Shown: positions 1-11,082, counted from the stretch's first letter. The stretch: 32,000 bases of DNA from Delftia acidovorans NBRC 14950 (GCF_001598795.1 NZ_BCZP01000016.1:90001-122000), one strand, 5' to 3'. The notes: generated from the sequence alone by a model not told the origin. Program-made: numbers and translations.

Positions 1-330
1 GACTCCGTGCGCAAGCGCGCCCAGCACCGCGATGTGCTGGTGCCCCTGCTGCGCCAGGCGCTGGCGGGGCGCAGCGCGCTCGAATGGGAAGCCTTGTTCG
101 GCGAGGAAGTGCCCTGCGCGGCGGCCCGCACGGTGGAAGACATGTTCGACGACCCGCAGGTGCAGGCCGAGGGCATGGTCACCCGCTTCGAGCACCCGAC
201 CCTGGGCAGCTACCGGGGCTTTGCCGGCGCCGTCGAATTCGACCGCACACCCGGCCCGCCGGCCTTTGCCGCGCCCACGCTGGGCCAGCATACCGAGGCG
301 CTGAAGGCCGCCGCGCAAGAGAGCCGCTGA
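1..330 (+). CDS. Family III CoA-transferase (CaiB/BaiF-like), C-terminal fragment; 5' end lies outside the window
   Basis: Frame 1 is open from base 1 to TGA 328-330. The C-terminal sequence FDDPQVQAEGMVTRFEHPTLGSYRGFAGAVEFDRTP resembles the end of CaiB/BaiF CoA-transferases. Confidence 0.7.
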   Translation, partial: DSVRKRAQHRDVLVPLLRQALAGRSALEWEALFGEEVPCAAARTVEDMFDDPQVQAEGMVTRFEHPTLGSYRGFAGAVEFDRTPGPPAFAAPTLGQHTEALKAAAQESR

Positions 331-1187
331 TGCACGCACTGCCCGCTGGCGCCTGCGACGCCCATCTGCATGTCTTCGATCCGCGATTTGGTACGCGATT
401 TGGTACGCGTTTTGATACGCGTTTTGATACGCGTTTTGGCGCCCATGCCACGGCTGCCGACTATGCGCAGCTGCGCGGCGCCATGGGGCTGGAGCGGGCC
501 GTCATCGTCCAGCCGCGTGCGCATGGCACGGACAACCGCGCCACGTTGCACGCCATCCAGTCGCTGGGCGCTGCAAGCACGCGCGGCATTGCCGTAGTGC
601 ACCCCGATATCACCGACGCACAGTTGCAGGCGCTGCATGACGGCGGCATTCGCGGCATCCGCTTTTCGCTGCACACCGAGCACGATGCAGCCGTGCGGCT
701 GGACATGCTGGAGCCGTTGGCCGAGCGCATTGCCGCGCTGGGCTGGCATGTGCAGCTGCACTGGCTGGCCAGCCAGATCGAGGCCCATGCGGCGCTGCTG
801 CAGCGGCTGCCATGCACCCTGGTGTTCGACCACATGGCGCGGCTCGCTGACAGTGCTGACGGCGCTGGCGTACACCAGCCCGCCTTCGGCGTGGTCCGCG
901 GGCTGGTGCAGCAGGGCAGGGCCTGGGTCAAGCTCTCGGGCCCGTATCTGAACAGCCGGGCGGGCCTGGCCGCAGGCTATGCCGACTGCGACGCGCTGGC
1001 GCAGGCCTGGGTGGCCGAGGCCCCGCAGCGCCTGGTCTGGGGCAGCGACTGGCCCCATGTCACCGAAGCTGCTCATCCGCCGCAGACCCCCATGCTGCTG
1101 GCGCTGCTGTCGCGCTGGATTCCCGATGCGGCGCTGCGCGCCCGCGTGCTGGTGGACAACGCCGCCGAGCTGTACGGATTCGATTGA
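330..1187 (+). CDS. Amidohydrolase_2 family metal-dependent hydrolase (LigI-like lactonase type)
   Basis: ATG 330 overlaps the upstream TGA by 1 nt (cTGATG). It has an N-terminal DAHLHVF (HxH) motif and a C-terminal WGSDWPH motif. The ORF-track start at 84 overlaps the upstream gene and was not used. Confidence 0.8.
   Translation: MHALPAGACDAHLHVFDPRFGTRFGTRFDTRFDTRFGAHATAADYAQLRGAMGLERAVIVQPRAHGTDNRATLHAIQSLGAASTRGIAVVHPDITDAQLQALHDGGIRGIRFSLHTEHDAAVRLDMLEPLAERIAALGWHVQLHWLASQIEAHAALLQRLPCTLVFDHMARLADSADGAGVHQPAFGVVRGLVQQGRAWVKLSGPYLNSRAGLAAGYADCDALAQAWVAEAPQRLVWGSDWPHVTEAAHPPQTPMLLALLSRWIPDAALRARVLVDNAAELYGFD
382..440 (+). repeat. 12-bp tandem repeat, about 4.9 copies, in frame inside the amidohydrolase CDS
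   Basis: cgcgatttggta x2 (382-405), cgcgttttgata x2 (406-429), partial cgcgttttggc (430-440). It encodes RFGT RFGT RFDT RFDT RFGA. Confidence 0.95.
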
Positions 1188-1250
1188 GGGTGCGGGGCAC
1201 GCAAGCCTCGCAGCCCAGGTTTTCACCATTGAGCAACAGGAGACAGAAAC

Positions 1251-2243
1251 GTGAAGAAGATCAAGACACTGCGGCCCGCCATGACGGTGCTGGCCTTGGG
1301 TATTGGGGCGGGGCTGGGCCTGTTCCAGGGCACGCTGCATGCGGCCGACTATCCGGCCGCGCAGGCCATCACGGTCGTCGTGCCGTTCTCGGCCGGTGGC
1401 GGTGCGGACAATGCGGCGCGCATCATCGCCAAGGCGCTGGGCGAGGTCTCGGGCCAGACCGTGGTGGTGGACAACAAGGCCGGCGCCAGCGGCGCCATTG
1501 GTGCCGCCCTCGTGGCGCGCGCCAAGGCCGATGGCTATACGGTGCTGTATGACGCATCGTCCTTCGCCATCAACCCCGCGTTGCGCAAGCTGCCCTATGA
1601 CCCGGCCAAGGACTTCATTGCCGTGTCCCAGGCCATCAGCGTGCCCAACATCCTCGTGGCGGCGCCGTCCTCGCCCTACAACAGCCTGGCCGACTTCATG
1701 AATGCCGCGCGGCAAAAGCCCGGCAGGCTCACCTATGCCTCCTACGGTCCGGGCAGCCTGGCCCAGATGGCGACGGAACTGCTCAAGGCAGACGCCAAGT
1801 TCGATGCCGTCCACGTTCCCTACAAGGGTGGGGCGCCCGCCATCGTCGATGTCATGGGCGGCCAGGTCGATGTGTACTTTGCCAACGCGGCCTCCAGCAT
1901 CAACTACGTCAAGGGCGGCAAGCTCAAGGCGCTGGCCGTGTCCTCGGCCAAGCGCATGCCGGACCTGCCCGACGTGCCCACGGTGGCGGAAAGCGGCATC
2001 AAGGGCTTCGAGGTGACGGAGTGGAACGGCTTCTTCCTGCCTGCGGGTACGGCGCCCGAGACTGTGCAGAAGCTGCAGGACCTGGTGCAAAAGGCCCTGG
2101 CCTTGCCGGCCACGCGCGCCAGCCTTGAAAAGCTGGGCCTGACGCCGGTGGGCAGTTCCTCCGCCGCCTTCACGGGCTTCGTGGCGGCCGAGCGCAAGCG
2201 CTGGGATGCCGTGGTCAAGGCCAACGGCATCACCGTGCAGTGA
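1251..2243 (+). CDS. Bug/TctC-family tripartite tricarboxylate transporter substrate-binding protein (periplasmic)
   Basis: GTG start, with aggaga 10 nt upstream. Signal peptide ends ..GTLHA/ADYP. Bug-family motifs present: VVVPFSAGGGADN, YASYGPGS, HVPYKGGAPA. Confidence 0.9.
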   Translation: MKKIKTLRPAMTVLALGIGAGLGLFQGTLHAADYPAAQAITVVVPFSAGGGADNAARIIAKALGEVSGQTVVVDNKAGASGAIGAALVARAKADGYTVLYDASSFAINPALRKLPYDPAKDFIAVSQAISVPNILVAAPSSPYNSLADFMNAARQKPGRLTYASYGPGSLAQMATELLKADAKFDAVHVPYKGGAPAIVDVMGGQVDVYFANAASSINYVKGGKLKALAVSSAKRMPDLPDVPTVAESGIKGFEVTEWNGFFLPAGTAPETVQKLQDLVQKALALPATRASLEKLGLTPVGSSSAAFTGFVAAERKRWDAVVKANGITVQ

Positions 2244-2263
2244 GCCGCCGCGCGTGACGGGGC

Positions 2264-3409
2264 TCAGGGCGTGGCGGTGACGCGCAGCAACTGCCCGTCC
2301 TGGGCGTCCGTCAGCAGGTAAAGCCAGCCGTCCGGTCCCTGGCGGACATCACGGACGCGCTGGCCCAGGCGCGGCAGTACCTGCTCGCTGGCCGTTACCT
2401 TGCCGGACCTGACCGTCAGGCGCTCCAGCCTCTGGAACTTGAGCGAGCCCACGACCAGCGATCCCTTCCACTGCGGCCCATAGCGGTCACTGGTCACGAA
2501 GGCCATGCCCGATGGTGCAATCGAAGGCACCCAGTAGTGCTGTGGCTGCTCCATGCCCTCCTTGCGTGTGATGCCCGCGCCGATCTTGCCGCCGCCGTAG
2601 TTCTCGCCATGGGTGATCACGGGCCAGCCATAGTTCTTGCCCGCCTCGGGCCGGTTGACCTCGTCGCCGCCCTGCGGGCCGTGCTCATGCATCCACAGGC
2701 TGCCATCGGGCCCCAGCGCCGCGCCCTGGGCGTTGCGGTGGCCGTAGCTCCAGATCTCGGGCCTGGCATCTGCACGGCCCGCGAACGGGTTGTCCCCGGG
2801 CACGCTGCCATCCTTTGCGATGCGCACGATCTTGCCCAGGTGGCTTTTCAGGTTCTGGGCCTCTTCCTTGTAGCGCGAGCGTTCGCCCAGCGCCAGGAAC
2901 AACGTGCCATCGCTCTTTCCTTCCACCATGCGCTCAACGATGCGGCAGCCGAAATGCAGCGCGCTCGCGTACTTGGGGCGCTGCGAGAACAGTACTTTCA
3001 CCTGCTCCAGCCGGCTGGCATCGTCGGACAGCCGCGCGCTGGCCAGCGCCGTGCTGTTCTTGCTGCTGTCGGCGCCGCTGCCGGGCTCGGAGTAGCAGAA
3101 GTACAGCTGGCGGTTGCGCGCGAAATCGCTGTCCAGCACCACGTCCAGCAGGCCGCCCTGGCCTGCGGCCTCCACGGCCGGAAGGCCTGCCAGAGGAGCG
3201 CCCAGCCTTCCGTCGCCCTGCACGATGCGCATGCGGCCCGGCCGCTCGGTCACCAGGTGGCGCCCATCCGGCAGGAAAGCCACGGCCCAGGGATGCTCCA
3301 GGCCTTCGGCGACGATTTCGGTGGAGAGGTTGGGGCTGCCGGCGGCCCACAGTGCACCGGACAGGCCCAGGGTGCTGATGCCGATGGCGGCGGATAGGGA
3401 TGGCGGCAT
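2264..3409 (-). CDS. PQQ-dependent sugar dehydrogenase (soluble aldose/sorbosone dehydrogenase, YliI-like), secreted
   Basis: Motifs [41 protein letters not shown]. The start was set at the internal ATG 3409 ([22 protein letters not shown]), which gives a signal peptide. The longer ORF-track start is 3487. Confidence 0.85.
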   Translation of the reverse strand: MPPSLSAAIGISTLGLSGALWAAGSPNLSTEIVAEGLEHPWAVAFLPDGRHLVTERPGRMRIVQGDGRLGAPLAGLPAVEAAGQGGLLDVVLDSDFARNRQLYFCYSEPGSGADSSKNSTALASARLSDDASRLEQVKVLFSQRPKYASALHFGCRIVERMVEGKSDGTLFLALGERSRYKEEAQNLKSHLGKIVRIAKDGSVPGDNPFAGRADARPEIWSYGHRNAQGAALGPDGSLWMHEHGPQGGDEVNRPEAGKNYGWPVITHGENYGGGKIGAGITRKEGMEQPQHYWVPSIAPSGMAFVTSDRYGPQWKGSLVVGSLKFQRLERLTVRSGKVTASEQVLPRLGQRVRDVRQGPDGWLYLLTDAQDGQLLRVTATP

Positions 3410-3442
3410 GCCGATGTTCCTGTGAAGAGGGGGCAAGAGGGA

Positions 3443-3472
3443 CGCCCGACTGCGCTGCAGCGCAGTCGGGCG
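3443..3472. repeat. Perfect 30-bp palindrome (13-bp arms around tgca)
   Basis: cgcccgactgcgc tgca gcgcagtcgggcg. It lies 34 bp upstream of the dehydrogenase ATG, in the divergent intergenic region. Confidence 0.9.
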
Positions 3473-3537
3473 GCTTTGATCTGGCAAACATCATGCACGA
3501 CGCGGCCAGAGCCAGCGGCGCCCTGTCAACCACTGCG

Positions 3538-3566
3538 CAAAAAGCCCGCGCAGCCACTTGCGCGGG
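3538..3566 (-). terminator. Intrinsic-terminator-like hairpin oriented on the minus strand, with no minus-strand gene upstream of it
   Basis: Stem cccgcgca (3545-3552) / tgcgcggg (3559-3566) with a 6-nt loop. On the minus strand it is followed by CTTTTTGCGC. Confidence 0.4.
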
Positions 3567-3664
3567 TGTATAAACAGCGCTCTTTCGGCGCCGGGCCGGG
3601 TCCCTGCGTGGGGCGGTCGGCGGCGCCTCCTACCCACCAGAGAATCCGCAAGGGAAAAGCAGCC

Positions 3665-4366
3665 ATGGGCGCGCAATGGAAAGCAAAGGGCAAGGCGCTG
3701 GTCGCCGATGCCAAGGGAAAGCTGTTTGGCAAGCTGGCCAAGGAAATCATCGTCGCGGCGCGCGCCGGCGCCGATCCGGCAGGCAACTCGCGCCTGCGCA
3801 TGGCCGTGGAAGCCGCCCGCAAGGCCTCCATGCCCAAGGACACGCTCGAGCGTGCGATCAAGAAGGGCTCGGGCGTGGGTGCCGACGCCGTCAACTACGA
3901 GCGCGTGGTCTATGAAGGCTACGGCCCCAACCGCGTGCCCGTGATGATCGAGTGCCTGACCGACAACGTGAACCGCACGGCGCCCAACATGCGCGTGTGT
4001 TTCCGCAAGGGCCAGATGACGGCCGTGGCCTGGGACTTCGACCATGTGGGCATGATCGAGGGCGAGCCCGAAGGCGGTGCCGATGCCGAGCTGGCCGCCA
4101 TCGAGGCCGGCGCACAGGACTTCGAGCCCGGCGAGGAAGAGGGCACGACGCTGTTCATCACCGACCCGACGGACCTGGATACCGTGAGCAAGGCGCTGCC
4201 GGCCCAGGGCTTCAAGGTGCTGTCGGCCAAGCTGGGCTACAAGGCCAAGACGCCGGTCAGCATGGCCAGCCTGTCGGCCGAGCAGCAGGAGGAAGTGCAG
4301 GACTTCCTGGCCGGCATCGAGAACGATGATGACGTGCAGCACGTCTACGCGGGCCTGGTGGATTGA
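3665..4366 (+). CDS. YebC/PmpR-family protein, divergent paralogue (YeeN-like N-terminus)
   Basis: [10 protein letters not shown]..., [33 protein letters not shown], and the C-terminal DDDVQHVY motif. ATG 3665 was chosen over the ORF-track start 3422. Confidence 0.85.
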   Translation: MGAQWKAKGKALVADAKGKLFGKLAKEIIVAARAGADPAGNSRLRMAVEAARKASMPKDTLERAIKKGSGVGADAVNYERVVYEGYGPNRVPVMIECLTDNVNRTAPNMRVCFRKGQMTAVAWDFDHVGMIEGEPEGGADAELAAIEAGAQDFEPGEEEGTTLFITDPTDLDTVSKALPAQGFKVLSAKLGYKAKTPVSMASLSAEQQEEVQDFLAGIENDDDVQHVYAGLVD

Positions 4367-4390
4367 TCCCGCTGCCCCCCGCTCCCAAGC

Positions 4391-4419
4391 AAAAAAGCCG
4401 CACGATGTGCGGCTTTTTT
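4391..4419. terminator. Bidirectional rho-independent terminator between the convergent YebC paralogue and upp
   Basis: aaaaaa gccgcac gat gtgcggc tttttt: a 7-bp GC stem flanked by an A-run and a T-run. Confidence 0.8.
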
Positions 4420-4438
4420 GTGGGTGCGTGCACCAAGC

Positions 4439-5068
4439 CTACTTGGTGCCGAAGATGCGGTCGCCCGCGTCGCCCAGGCCCGGCAGGATGTAGCCGTGCG
4501 CGTCCAACTGGCGGTCCACGGCGGCCGTGTAGATGTCCACGTCGGGATGGGCCTTTTGCATGGTGGCCACGCCTTCGGGCGCGGCCAGCAGGCACATGAA
4601 CTTGATGGACTTCGGGTTCAGCTGCTTCAGGCGCGCCACGGCGGCGGCTGCCGAGTTGCCCGTGGCCAGCATGGGATCGACGACCAGCACGTCGCGCTCT
4701 TCCATCTCGGAAGGCATCTTGAAGTAGTACTCGACGGGCTGCAGCGTCTCGGGGTCGCGGTACAGGCCGATGTGGCCGATGCGCGCACCGGGCACAACAT
4801 TGAGCATGCCGTCGAGGAAACCGTTGCCGGCGCGCAGGATGGACACCAGCACCAGCTTCTTGCCGTCGATGACCTTGCCGGTCATGGTCTCCAGCGGGGT
4901 CTCGATCTCGATGTCCTGCAGCGGCATGTCGCGCGTGATCTCGTAGGCCATCAGCGTGGACAGCTCGCCCAGCATGCGGCGAAAGCTGTTGGTGCTGGCT
5001 TCCTTGCGGCGCATCAGCGTGAGCTTGTGTTGGACCAGCGGGTGGTCGATCAGGTGCAGAGTACTCAT
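4439..5068 (-). CDS. upp: Uracil phosphoribosyltransferase
   Basis: Full-length similarity by eye: [19 protein letters not shown] motif [14 protein letters not shown]-terminal [17 protein letters not shown]. Confidence 0.95.
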   Translation of the reverse strand: MSTLHLIDHPLVQHKLTLMRRKEASTNSFRRMLGELSTLMAYEITRDMPLQDIEIETPLETMTGKVIDGKKLVLVSILRAGNGFLDGMLNVVPGARIGHIGLYRDPETLQPVEYYFKMPSEMEERDVLVVDPMLATGNSAAAAVARLKQLNPKSIKFMCLLAAPEGVATMQKAHPDVDIYTAAVDRQLDAHGYILPGLGDAGDRIFGTK

Positions 5069-5081
5069 GGTTTTCTTCTGG

Positions 5082-5113
5082 AAAAAAGGGGTGCCGGCAT
5101 TTGCGGCCGGCGC
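5082..5113 (-). terminator. Rho-independent terminator after the dehydratase gene
   Basis: Minus strand reads ggcgccggc cgcaaat gccggcacc followed by CCTTTTTTCC. The 9-bp stem has one mismatch. Confidence 0.55.
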
Positions 5114-5124
5114 CAGGGGGCGGT

Positions 5125-6102
5125 TCAGTCGTGCAGAAAGCGTGCGTAGCGCGCCAGGTCCACATTGCCGCCGCTGATCAGAATGCCCACGCGCGCGCCC
5201 GACAGCGCAACCCCGCCATGCAGGGCGCCCGCCAGCGAGAGCGCTCCCGTGGGTTCGACCACGATTTTCTTGCGTTCCGCGTAAAAGCGCATGGCCTGCA
5301 CCAGATGCTCGTCCGCCACGGCCAGGATATCTTCCACATGCTCGCGGATGATGGCGAATGTGATATCTCCTATGGACTGGGTCTGGGCACCGTCGGCAAT
5401 GGTGTGGGGCGTGGGGATCTGCACGATCTGGCCTGCGCGCAGCGACTGGCGGGCATCGTCGCCGGCCTGGGGCTCGACGCCGTAGACCTTGCAGCGCGGG
5501 GCGAGCTGTCCGGCTGCCAGCAGGCTGCCGGACAGCAGGCCGCCGCCGCCCAGGCAGACAAAGAGGTAGTCCAGGTCGGGCACCTCTTCGAACAGTTCCT
5601 TGGCTGCCGTGCCCTGGCCGGCGATCACGTCGCGGTGGTTGAACGGCGGGATCAGCGTCATGCCGCGCTCGTCGGCCAGGCGGCGGGAGATGGCCTCGCG
5701 GTCTTCGGTGAAGCGGTCATAGGTCACCACCTGGGCGCCGTAGGAGCGTGTGGCTGCCATCTTGGAGGCGGGGGCATCCTCGGGCATGACGATGAGCGCG
5801 GGCATGTCCAGCATCTGCGCGGCCAGGGCGACGGCCTGCGCATGGTTGCCCGAGGAGAAGGCCAGGGCGCCGCGCTTGCGCTGCTCGGGCGTGAACTGCG
5901 ACAGCGCGTTGTAGGCGCCGCGTATCTTGAAGGCGCCCGTGCGCTGCAGGTTCTCGCACTTGAAGAACAGCTGGGCGCCCAGCAGCTCGTCGGCGGTGCG
6001 GCTGCGCAGTATGGGTGTGCGGTGGGCCACGCCTTCCAGACGGCGAGCGGCGGCGGCGACATCGTCATAGGTGGGCAGCGAGGGAGGGCTGTTCGTCGTC
6101 AT
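5125..6102 (-). CDS. PLP-dependent threonine/serine dehydratase family enzyme (short catabolic or racemase-like form, no regulatory domain)
   Basis: PLP-lysine motif [17 protein letters not shown] and glycine loop [11 protein letters not shown]. Start taken at ATG 6102 (MTTNSPP...); an alternative upstream ATG is at 6144. Confidence 0.8.
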   Translation of the reverse strand: MTTNSPPSLPTYDDVAAAARRLEGVAHRTPILRSRTADELLGAQLFFKCENLQRTGAFKIRGAYNALSQFTPEQRKRGALAFSSGNHAQAVALAAQMLDMPALIVMPEDAPASKMAATRSYGAQVVTYDRFTEDREAISRRLADERGMTLIPPFNHRDVIAGQGTAAKELFEEVPDLDYLFVCLGGGGLLSGSLLAAGQLAPRCKVYGVEPQAGDDARQSLRAGQIVQIPTPHTIADGAQTQSIGDITFAIIREHVEDILAVADEHLVQAMRFYAERKKIVVEPTGALSLAGALHGGVALSGARVGILISGGNVDLARYARFLHD

Positions 6103-6180
6103 GGCGTGCGGTTCCGCAAAGTGGATGGAGGCGCTTTCGATCATAGCCGCATGCGCGGGCTTTCAGAGCCCTGAAATGCG

Positions 6181-6205
6181 CCAGCCGTTGCATGGCAACG
6201 GCTGG
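6181..6205 (-). terminator. Hairpin downstream of the DUF853 gene (candidate terminator)
   Basis: ccagccgttgc atg gcaacggctgg: a perfect 11-bp stem, followed on the minus strand by cgcatttc (weak T tract). Confidence 0.4.
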
Positions 6206-6249
6206 GTGCTATGGTGTTTGATGCGGCGCAGGGCCGGTGCGCCAGCGCT

Positions 6250-7776
<1,527 letters not shown>

Positions 7777-7854
7777 TTCGGGTTTCCTCGGGGGAGCATG
7801 CGGTCAAAAGTAAAATCCCAGCCGCAAGGTTAAATCAATATCAAAGGACAGCCT

Positions 7855-8574
7855 GTGGCAGGACACAGTAAATGGGCCAATATCCAGCACCGCAAAGGCC
7901 GCCAGGACGAAAAGCGTGGCAAGGTCTGGACCCGCATCATCCGTGAAATCATGGTGGCGGCACGCACGGGAGGGGGCGATCTCAGCGCCAACCCGCGCCT
8001 GCGCCTGGCGGTGGAAAAGGCCAAGGCGGCCAACATGCCGGCCGACAACATCAAGCGCAACATCGACAAGGCCACGGGCAACCTCGAAGGCGTGACCTAC
8101 GAGGAAATCCGCTACGAAGGCTATGGCATTGGCGGCGCGGCCATCATCGTGGACACCATGACCGACAATCGCGTGCGCACTGTGGCGGATGTGCGTCACG
8201 CCTTCAGCAAGTACGGTGGCAACATGGGCACGGAGGGTTCCGTGTCCTTCCAGTTCAAGCATGTCGGACAACTGATCTTCGCTCCCGGAAGCGACGAGGA
8301 CCAGATCATGGAAGTGGCTCTGGAGGCCGGCGCCGAGGACGTGATCACCGATGACGAGGGAGCCATCGAGGTGCTGACCGCACCCGCAGAGTTCGAAACC
8401 GTGCGCGACGCGCTGCAGGCCAAGGGCCTGACGCCGGAGGTGGCTGAAGTCACCATGCGCCCGGAAAACACCATCGCCCTGCAAGGCGATGACGCAGCCC
8501 GCATGCAAAAGCTGCTGGACATGATCGAAGACCTGGATGACGTACAGGACGTCTACCACAACGCTGAACTATGA
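7855..8574 (+). CDS. yebC: YebC/PmpR-family protein (canonical form)
   Basis: GTG start. [51 protein letters not shown]. Confidence 0.9.
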   Translation: MAGHSKWANIQHRKGRQDEKRGKVWTRIIREIMVAARTGGGDLSANPRLRLAVEKAKAANMPADNIKRNIDKATGNLEGVTYEEIRYEGYGIGGAAIIVDTMTDNRVRTVADVRHAFSKYGGNMGTEGSVSFQFKHVGQLIFAPGSDEDQIMEVALEAGAEDVITDDEGAIEVLTAPAEFETVRDALQAKGLTPEVAEVTMRPENTIALQGDDAARMQKLLDMIEDLDDVQDVYHNAEL

Positions 8575-9854
8575 AAATTCTTGTGATTGGTGGCGGAGGC
8601 CGCGAGCACGCCCTGGCGTGGAAACTGGCTGAATCGCCGAAATCGACCAAGGTCTATGTGGCCCCCGGCAACGGTGGCACGGGCCTGGCCGGCGGCAAGG
8701 TGGAAAACCTCAACATCACCGACCCGCAGGCGCTGCGCGAGTGGGCGCAGGCCGAGAAGGTCGCGCTGACCGTGGTCGGCCCCGAGGCTCCGCTGGCTGC
8801 CGGCGTGGTCGATGAGTTCCGCGCCCACGGCCTGCGCATCTTCGGCCCCTCCAAGGCGGCCGCCCAGCTGGAAAGCTCCAAGGCCTTCTCCAAGGACTTC
8901 ATGGCGCGCCACGGCATCCCCACGGCACTCTATGAAACCTTCACCGACCCGGTGGCGGCCCATGCATACGTAGACCGCCTGGGTGCGCCCATCGTGGTCA
9001 AGGCCGACGGCCTGGCCGCAGGCAAGGGCGTGGTCGTTGCGACAACGCTGCAGGAAGCCCACGACGCCGTGGACTTCATGCTCGTGGACAACAAGTACGG
9101 CGTGGCCCACAACGACGGCGGCGCCCGCGTGGTGATCGAGGAGTTCCTCGCTGGCGAGGAAGCCAGCTTCATCGTGCTGTGCGACGGCAAGAACGTCCTG
9201 GCCCTGGCAACCAGCCAGGACCACAAGCGCCTGAAGGACGGCGACCAGGGCCCGAACACGGGCGGCATGGGCGCCTACTCGCCCGCGCCCGTGGTCACGG
9301 CCGACGTGCATGCCCGCGCCATGCGCGAGATCATCCTGCCGACTATCCGTGGCATGGAAAAGGACGGCATTCCCTACACCGGCTTCCTGTATGCGGGCCT
9401 GATGATCGATGCATCCGGCCATCCCAAGACGCTGGAGTTCAACTGCCGCATGGGCGACCCCGAGACCCAGCCGATCATGATGCGTCTCAAGAGCGATCTG
9501 GTGGACGTCATGCTGGCGGCCACCGATGCCAAGCTCGACCAGGTCGAGCTGCAATGGGACCGCCGCACGGCGCTGGGCGTGGTCATGGCCGCGGCCGGCT
9601 ACCCCGAGGACCCGCGCAAGGGCGATGCCATCAGCGGGCTGCCGCAGGACGCCGCCGATGCCATGGTCTTCCATGCCGGCACCCAGCTCAAGGATGGCGT
9701 TCCCGTCACCAGCGGTGGCCGCGTGCTGTGCGTCACCGTGCTGGCCGACAGCGTCAAGCAGGCCCAGCAAAAGGTCTATGACGTGGCGCGCGGCATCCAT
9801 TTCGATGGTGCCCAGTACCGCCGCGACATCGGCTTCCGTGCTGTGAAGAACTGA
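8571..9854 (+). CDS. purD: Phosphoribosylamine--glycine ligase
   Basis: [19 protein letters not shown], an ATP-grasp core, and GDPETQ. Its ATG overlaps the yebC stop (ATGA). Confidence 0.95.
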   Translation: MKILVIGGGGREHALAWKLAESPKSTKVYVAPGNGGTGLAGGKVENLNITDPQALREWAQAEKVALTVVGPEAPLAAGVVDEFRAHGLRIFGPSKAAAQLESSKAFSKDFMARHGIPTALYETFTDPVAAHAYVDRLGAPIVVKADGLAAGKGVVVATTLQEAHDAVDFMLVDNKYGVAHNDGGARVVIEEFLAGEEASFIVLCDGKNVLALATSQDHKRLKDGDQGPNTGGMGAYSPAPVVTADVHARAMREIILPTIRGMEKDGIPYTGFLYAGLMIDASGHPKTLEFNCRMGDPETQPIMMRLKSDLVDVMLAATDAKLDQVELQWDRRTALGVVMAAAGYPEDPRKGDAISGLPQDAADAMVFHAGTQLKDGVPVTSGGRVLCVTVLADSVKQAQQKVYDVARGIHFDGAQYRRDIGFRAVKN

Positions 9855-9858
9855 GTCC

Positions 9859-10833
9859 ATGGCAGAGCAATCGACCGGGCAGGCGCTGCCCGTGGCGCAG
9901 GTGCGCGAGTACCTGACGGGCCTGCAGGCCCGCATCACGCAGGCGCTGGAGCAGGTTGAAGGCGAGGGCGGTGCACGCTTTCTATCCGACGCCTGGAGCA
10001 AGGGCCCCGGCGAGCGCCTGCAGGGCGATGGCATCACCCGCATCATGGAGGGCGGCCGCGTGTTCGAGCGCGCGGGCTGCGGCTTCTCGCATGTGCGAGG
10101 GCCGCAGCTGCCGCCCTCGGCCACGCAGCACCGGCCTGAACTGGCGGGTGCGCCGTTCGAGGCCATGGGCGTGTCCCTGGTCTTCCATCCGCGCAATCCT
10201 TTTGTGCCTACGGTACACATGAATGTGCGAATGATTGCGGCTGGCTCAGGTGCGGCCGGCTCAGGTGCGGCAGGGCATCCGGGCAACGAACCCACCTGCT
10301 GGTTCGGCGGCGGCATGGACCTGACACCGGTCTACGGCTTCGAGGAAGATGCACAGCACTTTCACCGCGTCTGCCGCGATGCGCTGGCGCCTTTTGGCGA
10401 CACGCTCTACCCGCGCTTCAAGACCTGGTGCGACGAGTACTTCTGCCTGAAGCACCGCAACGAGCAGCGCGGCATCGGCGGCATCTTCTTCGACGACTTC
10501 TCTGAGCTGGGCCAGGCGCGCAGCTTCGACATGCTGCGTTCGGTGGGAGATTCCTTTCTGGAGTCCTACCTGCCCATCGTCGAGCGCCGCCAGGCCATGG
10601 ACTACGGGCAGCAGCAGGTCGATTTCCAGCGCTACCGCCGCGGCCGCTACGTGGAGTTCAACCTGGTCTGGGACCGGGGCACGCACTTCGGCCTGCAGTC
10701 CGGCGGGCGCACGGAATCCATCTTGCTGTCCATGCCCCCGCATGCGAGCTGGAGCTACCAGCGCGAGGACGCGCCCGGCACGCCCGAACGCGCGCTGCTG
10801 GAGCAATTCCTGGTGCGCCGCGACTGGCTTTGA
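9859..10833 (+). CDS. hemF: Oxygen-dependent coproporphyrinogen III oxidase
   Basis: [45 protein letters not shown]. Confidence 0.95.
   Translation: MAEQSTGQALPVAQVREYLTGLQARITQALEQVEGEGGARFLSDAWSKGPGERLQGDGITRIMEGGRVFERAGCGFSHVRGPQLPPSATQHRPELAGAPFEAMGVSLVFHPRNPFVPTVHMNVRMIAAGSGAAGSGAAGHPGNEPTCWFGGGMDLTPVYGFEEDAQHFHRVCRDALAPFGDTLYPRFKTWCDEYFCLKHRNEQRGIGGIFFDDFSELGQARSFDMLRSVGDSFLESYLPIVERRQAMDYGQQQVDFQRYRRGRYVEFNLVWDRGTHFGLQSGGRTESILLSMPPHASWSYQREDAPGTPERALLEQFLVRRDWL
10243..10272 (+). repeat. 15-bp direct duplication in frame inside hemF
   Basis: ggctcaggtgcggcc followed by ggctcaggtgcggca, encoding [10 protein letters not shown]. Confidence 0.9.
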
Positions 10834-11082
10834 GCTCCATTGCCGCCATCCCCGACCGCGTGGCGAAATCCGCGCGTGCAAGGGAATAGGCGGCAAAACT
10901 ATAATTTCAATAGCTTGAGGCGCAGCGTTGGCTGCGTTCTCCACTTTCTTCGGCGCGAAATCTTCCGGCGATCTGTGGGCGAACTCCATGCATTTTGGAG
11001 CGCCGCTACAGCCAAGCCCTCTACGGGCCGCACGGCGCTCGCGCTATATTGATCCCATTTCTATTCCACTGATCACCGCCTG

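Noticed and set aside
84-329. N-terminal extension of the amidohydrolase ORF given by the six-frame track
   Set aside because: It lies out of frame over the well-supported CoA-transferase C-terminus and is Arg/Gly-rich. The family-typical N-terminus (MHALPAGACDAHLHVF) begins at ATG 330, coupled to the upstream stop.
210-2090. 626-aa minus-strand ORF spanning the amidohydrolase and Bug genes
   Set aside because: It is antisense to two ORFs with clear family motifs. Its translation is Arg/Gly/His/Ala-rich with no recognisable domain, which is typical of shadow ORFs in high-GC DNA.
3422-3664. 81-codon N-terminal extension of the YebC-paralogue ORF
   Set aside because: The family N-terminus begins at [10 protein letters not shown] (3665). 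The extension runs through two strong hairpins and has no family similarity.
6103-6144. Alternative upstream start (MIESASIHFAEPHA) for the PLP dehydratase
   Set aside because: It cannot be excluded. The extra 14 residues are not part of the conserved fold, and the second ATG gives a typical length. Both options are noted in the feature.
8553-10316. 587-aa minus-strand ORF opposite purD and hemF
   Set aside because: It is an antisense shadow ORF crossing two unmistakable housekeeping genes.
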